64,000 nucleotides of DNA from Eledone cirrhosa (taxonomy: Eukaryota). Shown in pieces: positions 1-14,708 of this stretch. The notes beneath the pieces are model-generated. The model did not search any database. It was not told the DNA's origin and saw only the letters and a program-made list of their open reading frames with translations. The number at the start of each line of letters is the position of its first letter. Within the stretch, counting starts at the first letter, position 1. The translations under genes and the position numbers were made by a program. The stretch covers positions 15,872,001 through 15,936,000 of the forward strand of contig OZ024757.1 of NCBI GenBank assembly GCA_964016885.1, given 5' to 3'.

Positions 1-566
1 CAACACCACCACTAAACACGACCACCACCATACCACCACTACACACCACCACTAAACACCACCACCACCACAACAACAAGCACTGCCACAACCAACACCA
101 CCACCACTACACACCACCACTAAACACCACCAACACCACCACAACACACCACCACCAACACCACTACACACCACCACCACCACCACCACTAAACACCACC
201 ACCACCACCACCACCACCCCTACACACCACCACCACACTCCACCACCACCACTACACACCACCACTAAACACCACCACCACTAAAAAACACTAAACACCA
301 CCAACACCACCACCATCACTACACACCACCAACACCACCACTACACACCACCACCACCACTATACACCACTACACACCACCACTAAACACCACTAAACAC
401 CACCAACAACACCACCACCAGTAAACACCACGAAACACCACCACCACCCCTTCACACCACCACCACCAAACACCACCAACACCACCACCACCCCTACACA
501 CCACCACCACAACCACCGCCACCACTACACCACCACTACACCACCACCACAACCACCACCACCACA
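1..566. repeat. Degenerate (CAC)n/(CAA)n low-complexity tract
   Basis: Imperfect CAC/CAA/CTA triplets throughout. Confidence 0.9.
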
Positions 567-678
567 AAAAAGTAAACATATTTTTCAAGTGTTGTTTACT
601 TTCGTTCAGTTAAAAATGTTCCATAGAAAGGTCAACTTTACTGTTTGTGTTGATTGTAAGGTTAAGTGAAGGGGAAAG

Positions 679-681
<3 letters not shown>

Positions 682-774
<93 letters not shown>

Positions 775-976
775 CGTGCGTGTGTGTGCATTTATGTATG
801 AATGTATAAAGGTATATATATGTATGTGTGCATGTATGCATGTATATATGTATGTGTTTATGATTATGTATGTATGTATGTATGTGTGTGTGGGGGGAGC
901 GTGCGTGTGTGTGCATTTATGTATGAATGTGTAAAGGTATATATGTATGTATGCATGTATGTATGTATGTGTTTAT

Positions 977-1011
<35 letters not shown>

Positions 1012-1044
1012 TTTGTGTGTGTGTGTGTGTGTATGTGTGTATAT

Positions 1045-1127
<83 letters not shown>
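682..1127. repeat. (TG)n/(TATG)n microsatellite with internal duplication
   Basis: 'gagcgtgcgtgtgtgtgcatttatgtatgaatgt..aaggtatata' occurs near 772 and again near 897. Confidence 0.85.
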
Positions 1128-1128
<1 letters not shown>

Positions 1129-1183
1129 CTGAGTATGGATGGATGTATCAACGCCGAAAGGAAATTTCAACTCCGGTTTACAG

Positions 1184-1468
1184 TAATTGTTTCTACTTTA
1201 GGCACAAGGCCAGCAATTACCCAGTGCATTACTGGTACTTTATTTTATCGACCCCGTAAGGATGAAAGGCAAAGTTAACCTCGGCGGGATTTGATCTCAG
1301 AATGGCAAGGGCCATAACTCTATACGTCAAAGCATGGTGTCCGACTCTCTACCGATGTCGCCAATCCACCGCCCTTATAACTGTTTCTACTTTTGGCACA
1401 AGGCCAGCAAATTACCCAGTACATTACTGGTACTTTATTTTATCAACCCCGTAAGGATGAAAGGCAAG
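1184..1468 (-). mobile_element. tRNA-derived SINE family S (full copy 1184-1374 plus partial copy 1378-1468)
   Basis: Matches many copies in the window: head GGGCGGTGGATTGGCAG, B-box-like GAGTTCAAATCCCG, conserved core CTTTGCCTTTCATCCTTACGGGGTCGATAAAATAAAGTACCAG. Confidence 0.85.
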
Positions 1469-1589
1469 CCAGCTTCAGCATTCAGTAATAAGAAGGGAGG
1501 TAGGCATAAAAGCCAAACTCGTTATCTTCAATTCGGTTCCCATGACAACCCTTCCCTATGGTCATCAATCTTGAGTAATGACCAAAAGA

Positions 1590-1765
1590 ATACGATCGTG
1601 AATTCAAGCAGCCGAAATGGGACTCCCCCGAAGGGTCTTTGGAGTAACTACGTAGTTCGAGAGTCACTCCAGGTAGATCCTCTACTTCTCCGAATTGAGA
1701 TATCACAGTTCTGATAATACGGGCATGTGGTTAGAATGTCTCAGGAAAGAATGTTCGGCCATAAC
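1590..1765 (+). pseudogene. RTE-clade LINE 3' ORF relic
   Basis: Translates VRESLQVDPLLLRIEISQF**YGHVVRMSQERM, resembling the RTE C-terminal motif EPLLLxIERSQLRWxGHxxRM; in-frame stops present. Confidence 0.7.
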
Positions 1766-1926
1766 TAACCGGCAAGAGAATTGAAGCAAGATAAAGTTGA
1801 AGAGCTTTGCTTAAAATGAAGTGAAAATCATAGAAAAATATAAAACGTTTTCCCATTTTGCCCGCTCCAGGAATCGAACCCATGACATCGCGATCGTGAT
1901 CTTAACGTCTTAACCACTATATAATA

Positions 1927-2476
1927 TATGAAGGTCGGTCGTAAAGTTCATATACTGACTATGAACAATTGATGCTAGAGCTGTGAAATTTTGCATGCAT
2001 TAATTTCATCTCCTCTTATTAACAACTGTATTGTTTCTTTCCAGGGACTATGTTGAAAAATAAACCCCATTTGGCCATTCCATGAGAGTATCTTGGTCAG
2101 CTTATGATCTTTTCAACCAACCTTCATAGTTTGTTTCTTTCCAGAGTCTATGTTGTAAACTAAACCTCATTTGGTCATTCTATGAGAGAATCTTGGTCAG
2201 CCCATGAACCTTTCAGCTTATGAACCTATTCAGCCAACCCGCATACAATGTTTCTTTCCAAATACTAAGGTGAAAAATAAACCTCATTTGGTCATTCCAT
2301 GAGAGTATCTTGGTCAGATTATGAACTTTCATCCTACAAAGTGTTCAGCTGACCCTCATACACTGTTTCTTTTCAGATACTATGGTGAAAAATAAACCTC
2401 ATTTGGTCATTTCACGAGAGCATCTTGGTCAGTTTATGAACTTTTCAGTCTACAAACAGTCCAGCCGACCCTCGTA
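1927..2476. mobile_element. Mariner-type MITE with internally amplified subterminal unit
   Basis: Left end TA-TGAAGGTCGG..AAAGTTCATA and right end CCGACCCTCG-TA; four copies of a ~95-120 bp unit (aaataaacctcatttggtcattccatgagagtatcttggtcag). Confidence 0.7.
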
Positions 2477-2844
2477 GATAGGAATATATATAAACGATGC
2501 ATTAGGTTAGTTAAATAGACATTTATTAGAAAAGTAAGCCAAGTGAATAAAGAGAGAGAGACACACAAACCAGACAAAATAGACGATGCAGAATACACTA
2601 CACAATGGATTATATATATAAATCTATTCCAGAATAAGAATACGAATATTAATAGTTTAAAGTGACAAATACGAATACAATAGATTACATGTAAATCTAT
2701 TCCGGAATAAGTATAAGAATAATAGTATATATTGATGAATAGGAAAACAATAGATTACATGTAAATCTATTTTTGAATAAGAATAATATTATAAAATGGT
2801 TAATACGGACATAATAGGAAAAAAATAATAAAAACTATGGTAAG

Positions 2845-2975
2845 CCTCCATTGGTTTCGACGATGAGTGACCCAGTTCAACGGAACAACCTGCTTGTGAA
2901 ATTCACCAGTAAATGGCTGAGCATTCCACAGACATGAATGTCGTTGAAGTAATTGTCACAGAAATTCAGCGTGAT
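2845..2975. repeat. Dispersed repeat fragment (ctccattggtttcgacgatgagt family)
   Basis: Similar sequence at 57752-57915 and, inverted, near 31620-31705. Confidence 0.65.
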
Positions 2976-2994
2976 ATAGTGGGTGGAAGTCAAG

Positions 2995-3170
2995 GCTGGT
3001 AGATGGTCGGGCGCCATGCTTTGCAAGCATAGAGTTACAGCCATTTACAGTCTGAGTTCAAATCCCTCCGAGGTTAACTTTGCCTTTCATCCTTACAAGG
3101 TCGATAAAATAAAGTACCAGTAATGTACTGGGATAATTGCTGGCCTTGTGCCAAGAGTAGAAAACAATTA
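2995..3170 (+). mobile_element. SINE family S copy
   Basis: Same core and 3' end (GGCCTTGTGCC..GTAGAAA). A further partial copy lies at 3755-3830 (-). Confidence 0.8.
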
Positions 3171-6049
3171 TTAGCTTACGCTTTTTTTATCACCAATACG
3201 AAACTTTCTCGTTCTTTTCCTTCTTTCTTTCTCTCTTTTTTTTCTACATTTCCCTATTCTTTCTTTCCTTTTGTTTCCCCCTTTATTTCCTCACTAAATA
3301 AGTTTTGGGCTTTTTAATAAAGAAAGAAATTAAAACATGATCATACTAACATATTTAAAGTCGATAGAACATCAGTGTAGTAAAACCCACGTATATTCAA
3401 CAAGTTTCCACATGATTTGAGGGGTTTAATCCCCAAAAAGCCCTTTAGCACTGGAAGGCTTGGTTTAAGGATTAGCTACATTCAAGTGCGAACAGTACGA
3501 GGTGGAATGGCAGTCTCAGAGAGACAAAGCCTCCTCCATCATGTCGGCTGGGATCACGAGGCAGACTGACCCTTAAGTTTCATTTATGGTCATGACATAT
3601 GGAATAGATTTACTTGCATTTTATTAGTCATTTAGTATATTCATTAATCAAGTCTGCATGAATATCACCATACTTGTACTTAATAGGAGAAAAACGTATA
3701 AAGATCTTTGAAATTCTTGAATGACCGAACAATCTTTTATTCACAGTTGTATAAATAACTGTTTCTACGTTAGGCACAAGGCCAGCAATTACCCAGTGCA
3801 TTACTGGTACTGTATTTTATCGACCCCGTAAAATAACATTACAAATATACATACCGTATTTCCTGGCGTCGAAAACGCTACTTTTTTTCCTAAGACTAGT
3901 TATCAAATTAGAACAACTATTACCATATTATAAGCTGATTTTATTTAGCAATCAAAATTATTCGGGTAATGTATTAAAATGCATTTAAAAAACACGCAAA
4001 TAACTGTTTTTAAATTATAAAGAGCAAATATTTATTCTATTAAAATCTTTCTGTTGAATCAAAATACTGAAAAACGAGTATAAAGATCTTTAAAATGTTT
4101 TAATAACTTACAAGAATTTGTTCTTTGTGATCATGTAAAATACACTGAACTTAATATGCAATATTTTATTTGAAACTAAATTCTACCATTGACCAAACAA
4201 CATCGCATCGTCTATATTTGCCATATTATTGAAATTATTTAGTTTACGTTGCATTAAAAAAATACAACACGAAAGACACTTTAAATTATAAAAAACAAAT
4301 ATTGCCATAATAAACGTTGATTATATTTAGCTATCTAAATTATTCAGTATATGCTGTATTAAATAAAAGAAGTAAACGCATAAAAATACTCTATTTTAAA
4401 TTATAAAAAGCAAATATTTATTATATCGAAATAATTCTGTTTATACAACAAAGCAGAAGGTTTATTTTATCTAATGTAAATATTTTTAACGTAGATAAAT
4501 CAATTTCTGTAGATGGAACTTCTCGGTTTACAAACATACATCTATCTATAATGTTTGATGTTCACACGAAATAGTTTATCCTCAGCTTTTAATAAGGAAA
4601 CAACTTTTAAGAGAGGAAAATATGTTATCCTAAGGTAAAGTTACATACGTGTGCAGTAGTTCACTGAAGTGTTATAAACAATTTTATACTAATACTAACT
4701 CAGCAGAATTATTATTATTCAGAGAACCACTGCCACAGTACATTCTAACAGACTCGCAGCATGCGTCAATATTTAACATGGCTGCCACGCAAATTATTGT
4801 TGTTATTAGATGGGAAATGTTATTAAGACAAAATGTGGCTCTTTTCCGCTATATAATAGAACAGAGAATTATATATGTACGTATAAATACATATATATAT
4901 ATACACACATATAGAAATATGTACCTATACATATACATACTTATATACAAATACATATATATATATATATATATACATACACACAGACACACACATATAT
5001 ATATATATATACACACATACATATATGAAGTGTGTTAATATCTGGTTACGTAGTAAGTGAGCAGATGAGACGTAAACATTTATCAAGCAAAGAGGTTTTT
5101 AAGTAGAAGTGTAGACTTCACTCAGAACGGGGAAAAATCCCAAATGGTTTACATTTATCTTTAAAACTATTGAAGCAAATACATTCTCCAGTCATGAGAA
5201 AGAATTTCTCATCCGCTGGCCAATCCATTAATACTTCATGAAGCAGATTCCCAACCTCCTGAAGTATATCTTGTAACTGTATATATTGTAAGAGTTTAGT
5301 AACGACGAATTGAAATTGTACTGCAAGTTTTCCGAGACGAGTAGAACTACTGAGGATTCGAAAAGTCTTGGAATTTAATCATTAACTAAATAGTTAGATC
5401 AATGTTTCTTGGCCATGTATTTTTTCTTTCTTTTTTTTTTGTCCAAGGTGCCATTTTGATTTTTATAAAAAACCTCTACACCTCGCCATGAGTGGACAAA
5501 GTGGTTTTAGTAGCGTATGTACACCCGATTTTGATGTACCCTCGCTTCATTTCGATCCAGACACCCCAAAAAGTGTGTTTTTAAATTATAAAGAGAAATT
5601 CTTTATTCTGAAATCGTTCTGATCGTTCTGTGATAGAAAAAGCAGAAATTCAAGAATAAAGATCTGCAAATTTGAAATAACTTTCAATAATTTATACTTT
5701 GTGACCAATGGTAAGAAAACTCCCAGGAGAGTTGGACAGCAGAAGGTCTTCAGGGAAGAAACATCCCTCAAGTAAGTGATCCGACACTTAAATTATGACC
5801 ATGTGTAAATATGCAGCATTTTATTTCAAACTGAATCCTACCATTGACCAAACAACATCTCATCATGTACACTACAATATTCTCTAAATTATTCAGTTGT
5901 TGATGCATTAAAAAATACTAAACAAAAGATTAGGTTTTAAATTAGAAAGAACAAATATTACCATATTATAGATTAAAGAGCCCCTTCGGTCACGATGTTG
6001 TCCGAGGGGAAGGCAATGGCCGATACAGCTTGGCACCAATGGTGATACA

Positions 6050-6172
6050 GCTGAGTGAACTGGACCATGGTGAAATAAAGTGTCCTGCTCAAGAACACAA
6101 CGCAAATCTCGGTCCGAGAATCGAACTCACAACCTCACCATTGTAAGCCCGACGCTCTAACCAATAAGCCAT
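6050..6172 (-). mobile_element. tRNA-derived CORE-like SINE
   Basis: Minus strand has A-box TGGCTTATTGGTTAGAGC, B-box GAGTTCGATTCTC and GTGTTCTTGAGCAGGACACTTTA. Relatives at 1855-1918, 6630-6722, 18357-18500, 31376-31540 and 34017-34150. Confidence 0.7.
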
Positions 6173-7198
6173 AACTAATCTAATCTAATCTGGCTGAGTT
6201 TACACTCGCACATAAGAAGAACCAGGGCCTCCCCTAGGAGCATTGGATTTGGTATACTACATATTTATTTCGGTTGCTGAATACAATCAGGGGTCGCTGC
6301 TTCACCTGAAGGTCAATAATTCTCTTCTAACTCGAGCGGGAGTGCCTTGCCATTGTCAATTTGCATTGATCATCTGCAAAGCCGCATTATTCTCAGAACC
6401 ACTACACCAGTCTTTCGATGAGTGCAGCTGGAACTTTTGTCCAAAGCCCCATGTTGATTACAACAAAAAAAATGATAAAAACTGTACCTTACCATGAGCG
6501 GACAAAGTTAATATTTTAGTAGAGTATATACGTCTTATTTTGACCCTGCTCTATTTCAATTAAGACACCCCCACGAAAAATGTACCCCGATTTTGACCAG
6601 AGTATGCTGCTATATAGCATAATATGTGGAAGTGTTTGTCTTGCCAAAAGATACAACATACCGCTGGAAATCGAACTCACTACCGTACAATCCTGAGCCA
6701 AACATCCTAACCACAAAGCCACTCAACATCTCTGTTGACTTACACAGATAGTAATCATAGCATCTTTGTCAAGATGAAAGGAGGGGTGAAATTGTTAATG
6801 TTAAGGTAAATATTCACAGGATAATTAACAATTGAAATTAGAAATCAATTAATTTCACAGTTAAATGTTTCATCGAACGATCAAAGTTGACACAAACAAA
6901 TTGAGGATCGTTAAAAATATTTGATGAGATATTGAAAAAACAAAATAGCATCTTCAAAAACTGATCGGATAATGTTGCTTTCATTTTGTGTCTAACAATG
7001 TTTTGGTGTATATGTGTATGTTTTATGTGTGAATATATTTTATGTGTGTATATAAATGCTTGTATGTTTATGGGAGTAGGTATGTAGGTGTGTTAATATG
7101 CATGCATGTATGTATACGTCTGTTTATATATATGTGCATATATATATGTATATGTATATGAATACATATATATGTACACATATATATGTGTGTATGTA

Positions 7199-7263
<65 letters not shown>

Positions 7264-7334
7264 ATATAAAGAATTAGTATATCTAGTAACATATATATAC
7301 ACACAGATGCATACCTATGCTAGCAAATATATAG

Positions 7335-7408
<74 letters not shown>

Positions 7409-7409
7409 A

Positions 7410-7442
<33 letters not shown>

Positions 7443-7443
<1 letters not shown>

Positions 7444-7633
7444 ACAAAGAGGGTATGGTAAGTTACCAGGTGGATAACGCATCAGAATATTCGATACTTA
7501 AGGTAGTAGAGTGGGGAATATGAAATTATTCAGGACCCCGGCGATTCAATTCCGGCCGTTTCGAGAGCTAGATCCGAACTGTTTGGATGTAGCTGTCGAA
7601 AGGGACGGAGTTGAATCGCCGGGGTCCTGAATA

Positions 7634-7642
<9 letters not shown>
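7443..7642 (-). mobile_element. Fold-back insertion, family A (putative PLE 3' end)
   Basis: Arms 7518-7579 and 7581-7642 are inverted; tail 7443-7517; flanked by (TA)n; 8 copies in the window. Confidence 0.75.
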
Positions 7643-7986
<344 letters not shown>

Positions 7987-8434
7987 ATTAGTATATCTAC
8001 CAACATATGTATACTGATGTATACCCATGCTAGCAAATATATATGTTATGTCTTAGTACCTTTGTGATTCTATGCAGGGGGATGCAGAACAATTATATGA
8101 AAGACGTAAAATAAGAAAATTTTAAAAATTTAGTAAGTAAGTTTAGTAATATAAATTTTAGTAAGTAAGTTAATTTTTAATTTTTAAAATTTTCTTATTT
8201 TACGTCTTTCATTTTTACATTCATTTAATTCATTAATTTATTAATTTATTATTTGTGTGACCCGAATTTTCCTGGTCATTTTTTTCGGCTGTGCGAATGA
8301 TTTTAAGCATTGTCTCTATGTGTTGGTATTTTAACGATAGTTATAGCTCTGGTTTACCCAAACTATTGAGCCCTCTGCCACACATTTCGAAGATTGTGTT
8401 TCGTGATTTCGTGAGCCGAGATTCCGATTCTCGA

Positions 8435-8502
<68 letters not shown>

Positions 8503-8942
8503 AAACGGAGTTAAAGACTCGAGTTAATCCCCTTTAATTTAATGAGCTCAAGGATTAGAATCCGGGCTCTTTATAAGACGAGATATAAAGAAAAATACAC
8601 AAAGCGGTATGTGTTCAATTATAGGGGATGGAAGACCAGTAGAGTGAAAAACATGTTGTCTACGAAAGGGATAGTGAATACATAATATCAATTAAAAGAA
8701 TAAATTAAAATGCACAAATCAACCTTTTATAGCTATAACACGTGGACAAACTCTAATGAGAGTATGTTTCGCCATAAAAAGTGAAGGTTCCATAACTCTT
8801 TGTGTATTTTTCTCTATATACTGTCTTATATATATATATATATGCATATATATGCATATATATGCATACATATATATATACATATATATATATATACATA
8901 TACATACATATATATATACATACATATATATATATTATATAT

Positions 8943-8988
<46 letters not shown>

Positions 8989-9094
8989 TATCTATATATA
9001 CATACATATATAAATATATATAAATATATGTATGTATAAATATATATATAAATATATATATATAAATATATGTATGTATATATATATATATATA

Positions 9095-9129
<35 letters not shown>

Positions 9130-9691
9130 AATATATGTATGTATATAAATATTGTACATAGATCTATAGAATATGCATACCAACTCTAACACATATATAT
9201 CCTAGAAACGATCGTAAAATGATGAATTTTTTTAATATAAGGAACTGTTTCTTTGTTTATTGATTATTTTATTAATGTATGTATATATATATATATAATA
9301 TATATATATATATATACATATATATAGAAATATATGTATGTATATATATATACTAGAAATTGATTGACATATAAATAAACATGTGAAACAATTACAGGGG
9401 ATAAGCCTGTGATTGTTTCATATGTTTATTTATATGTCAATCAATTTCTAGTTGATATAAAATGCTCGAATCTATTCATTGGAATCTTGGAGCATATTTT
9501 ACGGGTGATATGGCGCATGTCTATCCGGCATGAAACCCTTAATTTAATTTAATTTAATTTAATTTATCTTAATTTTGGATATATATATATGAATATATAT
9601 ATAAAATATATATATACATATATATATATATATGTATGTATATATACATACATATACATATATATATATATATGTATGTATATATACATAT

Positions 9692-9748
<57 letters not shown>

Positions 9749-9758
9749 ATATACATAT

Positions 9759-9816
<58 letters not shown>

Positions 9817-9865
9817 TAATATGTATATATACATATATATAATATGCATATACATATATATAATA

Positions 9866-9958
<93 letters not shown>

Positions 9959-9997
9959 ATGTATATATATATATCATATATATATATATATACATAT

Positions 9998-10175
9998 AGG
10001 AAAAGAGTCAGGTCCAGTATATTACTGGTGGCTTAGTTCGGATCTAGCCGTCGAAACGGCCGGAGCTCAGCCGTCGGGGTCCTGACTTTTTTCCTATTAC
10101 CCACTCTACTACCCTAAGTATTGAGTACTTTGGTACGTTATGGTCCACCTGGTATCTTACCACACCATCTTTGTT
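9998..10175 (+). mobile_element. Family A insertion
   Basis: GTCGAAACGGCCGGAGCTCAGCCGTCGGGGTCC followed by the family tail; short inverted left arm; in (TA)n. Confidence 0.75.
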
Positions 10176-10353
10176 GATTATATATATATACATATATATA
10201 TATATACGTATATTGGCATATATATACACACATATATATATATATATATATACGTAGGTCCCGGGTTGAGTCGGGGATAACCACAGTAAGTAAGGTACTC
10301 AATACATGGCAGAGTAAAATTTTTTTATTTTATAGAAGCTCCTTCTATAAAAT

Positions 10354-10407
<54 letters not shown>

Positions 10408-10930
10408 ATAAAATCCTTCTCTTGAGGCTTACCTGTGTTTTCTCTTTTATACTATATATATATACACATATATATATATGTATGTGTGTGTATGTATGTA
10501 TGCTTGCATGTCTGGGAATGTTTACGCACGTACCTACGAACATACTTACGTACATGTGTACGTTTAATAAAATTTAGCAAGCAAAGCTAAATTTTTCTAA
10601 ATCTATTGATTTGTCAATGAAATAAAGTTGGTGAGAAAGTTCGAGACTGATATTTAAATGTGCCTAAATCTTTGATCTTCTTTAACAAAGCTGCAAATAT
10701 CGTGTGAAGCATGGTCGACTGGCATAGTTCACAGACACAATTGAGAAACTCCTTAAGATGGAGGCTTAGCTATCGATTTGAGTCTAAAGAACAACGGGAA
10801 TAAAATATACATCGTGAATATATTTACGATATTTATTTACATGTTTTAGCATGATTTTACAGACTTTTATTTTATTCTTTTATTATCTTATTTTATCAAC
10901 TTATTTGCGCCTCTTGGTCTTCGTCTCCAT

Positions 10931-10974
<44 letters not shown>

Positions 10975-11003
10975 CTATCTATCTATCTCTATCTCCCCCC
11001 CCC

Positions 11004-11037
<34 letters not shown>

Positions 11038-11163
11038 TAATCTATCTAACTCTCTGTCTATATCTATCTATCTATCTATCCATCTATCTGTGCTCTGCAT
11101 GCCACTATACGTATGATTGTATGTATGTATGTATGTATGTATGTATGTATGTATATATGTATG

Positions 11164-11196
<33 letters not shown>

Positions 11197-11208
11197 TGAG
11201 AGAGAGTG

Positions 11209-11256
<48 letters not shown>

Positions 11257-11363
11257 CTCAATCTGTCTGTTTCTATCTCTTTGTATCTGTCTATCTATCT
11301 ATTCTACCTACATTTGTGTGTGTCTGTATGTACTCATCTGTCTTTCCTTTCATGAAACACACA

Positions 11364-11402
<39 letters not shown>

Positions 11403-11651
11403 TCTCTCTCTGACACTGTCTAACAACGTCTGTTTCTTTATCTCTTATACGCAGTTCCAACCCGCGGGACCAGGACTCATCTCTACAGTTGGCCCACTCC
11501 GTCCCCATAACAGTGAGTAAGGAGGTGTTTTGGGGACAAAGAACACCAGAAATATTCACCACTGAGTACGGCGGAGATATTAGTAAGTTAGGTAGTGGCG
11601 GTAGTTAAAGAAAATTGAAAAAAAAAAACAAACTTATGAAACATAAGAAAG

Positions 11652-14159
11652 ACTACTCAGTTATCGTCACTCCAACTACTCAGTATCACCACTCCAACTA
11701 CTCAGTTATCGTCACTCCAACTACTCAGTATCACCACTCCAACTAGTCAGTTATCGTCACTCCGACTACTCAGTTATCGACACTCCAACTACTCAATATC
11801 ATCACTCCATCTACTCAGTATCATCACTCCGACTACTCAGTATCATCACTCCATCTACTCAGTATCGTCACTCCAACTACTCAGTATCACCACTCCAACT
11901 AGTCAGTTATCGTCACTCCGACTACTCAGTTATCGTCACTCCAACTACTCAATATCATCACTCCATCTACTCAGTATCATCACTCCGACTACTCAGTATC
12001 ATCATTCCAACTACTCGGTATCATCACTCCATCTACTCAGTATCACCACTCCAACTACTCAGTATCGTCACTCCAGCTACTCAGTATCACCACTCCAACT
12101 ACTCAGTATCACCACTCCAGCTACTCAGTATCATCACTCCAAATACTCAGTATCGTCACTCCAACTACTCAGTATCATCACTCCAGCTACTCAGTATCGG
12201 CACTCCAACTACTCAGTATCGTCACTCCAACTACTCAGTATCACCACTCCAACTAGTCAGTATCACCACTCCAACTAGTCAGTTATCGTCACTCCAACTA
12301 CTCAGTATCGTCACTCCAACTACTCAGTATCATCACTCCAACTACTCGGTTATCGTCACTCCAACTACTCAGTTATCGTCACTTCAACTACTCAGTATCA
12401 TCACTCCAACTACTCAGGTATCGTCACTCCAACTACTCAGTTATCGTCACTCCAACTACTCAGGTATCGTCACTCCAACTACTCAGTTATCGTCACTCCA
12501 ACTACTCAGTATCATCACTCCAACTACTCGGTTATCGTCACTCCAACTACTCAGTTATCGTCACTCCAACTACTCAGTATCATCACTCCAACTACTCGGT
12601 TATCGTCACTCCAACTACTCAGTTATCGTCACTCCAACTACTCAGTATCATCACTCCAACTACTCAGGTATCGTCACTCCAACTACTCAGTTATCGCCAC
12701 TCCAACTACTCAGTATCATCACTCCAACTACTCAGTATCGCCACTCCAGCTACTCAGTATCGTCACTCCAACTACTCAGTATCGTCACTCGAACTACTCA
12801 GTTATCGTCACTCCAGCTACTCAGTTATCGTCACTCCAGCTACTCAGTTATCGTCACTCCAGCTACTCAGTTATCGTCACTCCAACTACTCAGTTATCGT
12901 CACTCCAACTACTCAGTTATCGTCACTCCAACTACTCAGTATCATCACTCCAACTACTCAGTATCATCACCCCAACTACTCAGTTATCGCCACTCCAACT
13001 ACTCAGTATCGTCACTCGAACTACTCAGTTATCGTCACTCCAGCTACTCAGTTATCGTCACTCCAGCTACTCAGTTATCGTCACTCCAACTACTCGGTAT
13101 CGTCACTCGAACTACTCAGTTATCGTCACTCCAGGTACTCAGTATCATCACTCCAACTACTCGGTTATCGTCACTCCAACTACTCAGTATCATCACTCCA
13201 ACTACTCAGTATCATCACTCCAACTACTCAGTATCGTCACTCCAGGTACTCAGTATCGTCACTCCAACTACTCAGTATCATCACTCCAACTACTCGGTTA
13301 TCGTCACTCCAACTACTCAGTATCATCACCCCAACTACTCAGTATCATCACTCCAACTACTCAGTTATCGTCACTCGAACTACTCAGTTATCGTCACTCC
13401 AGCTACTCAGTTATCGTCACTCCAGCTACTCAGTTATCGTCACTCCAACTACTCAGTATCATCACTCCAACTACTCGGTATCGTCACTCGAACTACTCAG
13501 TTATCGTCACTCCAGGTACTCAGTATCATCACTCCAGCTACTCGGTTATCGTCACTCCAACTACTCAGTATCATCACTCCAACCACTCAGTATCATCACT
13601 CCAACTACTCAGTATCGTCACTCCAGGTACTCAGTATCGTCACTCCAACTACTCAGTGTCATCACTCCAACTACTCGGTTATCGTCGCTCAAACTACTCA
13701 GTTATCGTCACTCCAACTACTCAGTATCATCATTCCAACTACTCAGTATCATCACTCCAACTACTCAGTATCGTCACTCCAACTACTCAGTATCGTCACT
13801 CCAGGTACTCAGTATCGTCACTCCAACTACTCAGTATCATCACTCCAACTACTCGGTTATCGTCACTCCAACTACTCAGTTATCGTCACTCCAACTACTC
13901 AGTATCATCATTCCAACTACTCAGTATCATCACTCCAACTACTCGGTATCGTCACTCCAACTACTCAGTATCGTCACTCCAACTACTCAATATCACCACT
14001 CCAGCTACTCAGTATCACCACTCCAGCTACTCAGTATCACCACTCCAACTACTCAGTATCACCACTCCAACTACTCAGTATCACCACTCCAACTACTCAG
14101 TATCACCACTCCAACTACTCAGTATCACCACTCCAACTACTCAGTTATCGTCACTCCAA
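11652..14159. repeat. 22/23-bp minisatellite, roughly 110 units
   Basis: Units CTACTCAGTATCATCACTCCAA (22 bp) and CTACTCAGTTATCGTCACTCCAA (23 bp); copy number estimated from array length. Confidence 0.95.
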
Positions 14160-14317
14160 TCATACAAGCCGAGACTGTGTGGGTGAGAGCTCTTTGGCAT
14201 GTAGAATCTCAGACCCAAGTTGCTACACGTGTTACTGTGAAGGAACGTTTCTTAACCTTTTTACACTTGTGGAACCCTTGAAATAGTTTTCACGTATCAG
14301 GGAACAACAGCATAAAC

Positions 14318-14708
14318 ATGGATTGGCAGTATCGTATCGGTGGAGGGTCGGACGCCATGCTTTCCAGCATAGAGTTATATCCCTTTATGGTCTGAGTTCA
14401 AATCCCGCCGAGGTTAACTTTGCTTTTCATTCAAACTGGGTCGATAAAATATAGTACCAGTAATGCACTGGGGTAATTGCTGGCCATGTACTAAAAGTAG
14501 AAACAAATATTATATACCATTATTAATATTGGCAGTATCGGTAGAGGGTCAGACACCATGCTTTCCAGCATAGTTACGTCCCTTTACGATCTGAGTTCAA
14601 ATCACGCCGAGGTTGACTTTGCCTTTCATCCTTACGGGGTCGATAAAATAAACTACCAGTAATGCACTGGTAAATTGTTGGCCTTGTGCCTAAAGTAGAA
14701 ACAATTAT
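14318..14708 (+). mobile_element. Two tandem SINE family S copies
   Basis: 14318-14506 and 14528-14708 each match the family from head to 3' end. Confidence 0.85.

Noticed and set aside
1-566. Telomeric repeat
   Set aside because: No (CCCTAA)n; it is an irregular CAC microsatellite.
11652-14159. CRISPR array or coding repeat (ORF 13656-14186)
   Set aside because: Units are contiguous without unique spacers, 22/23-bp units are not codon multiples, and there are no cas genes.
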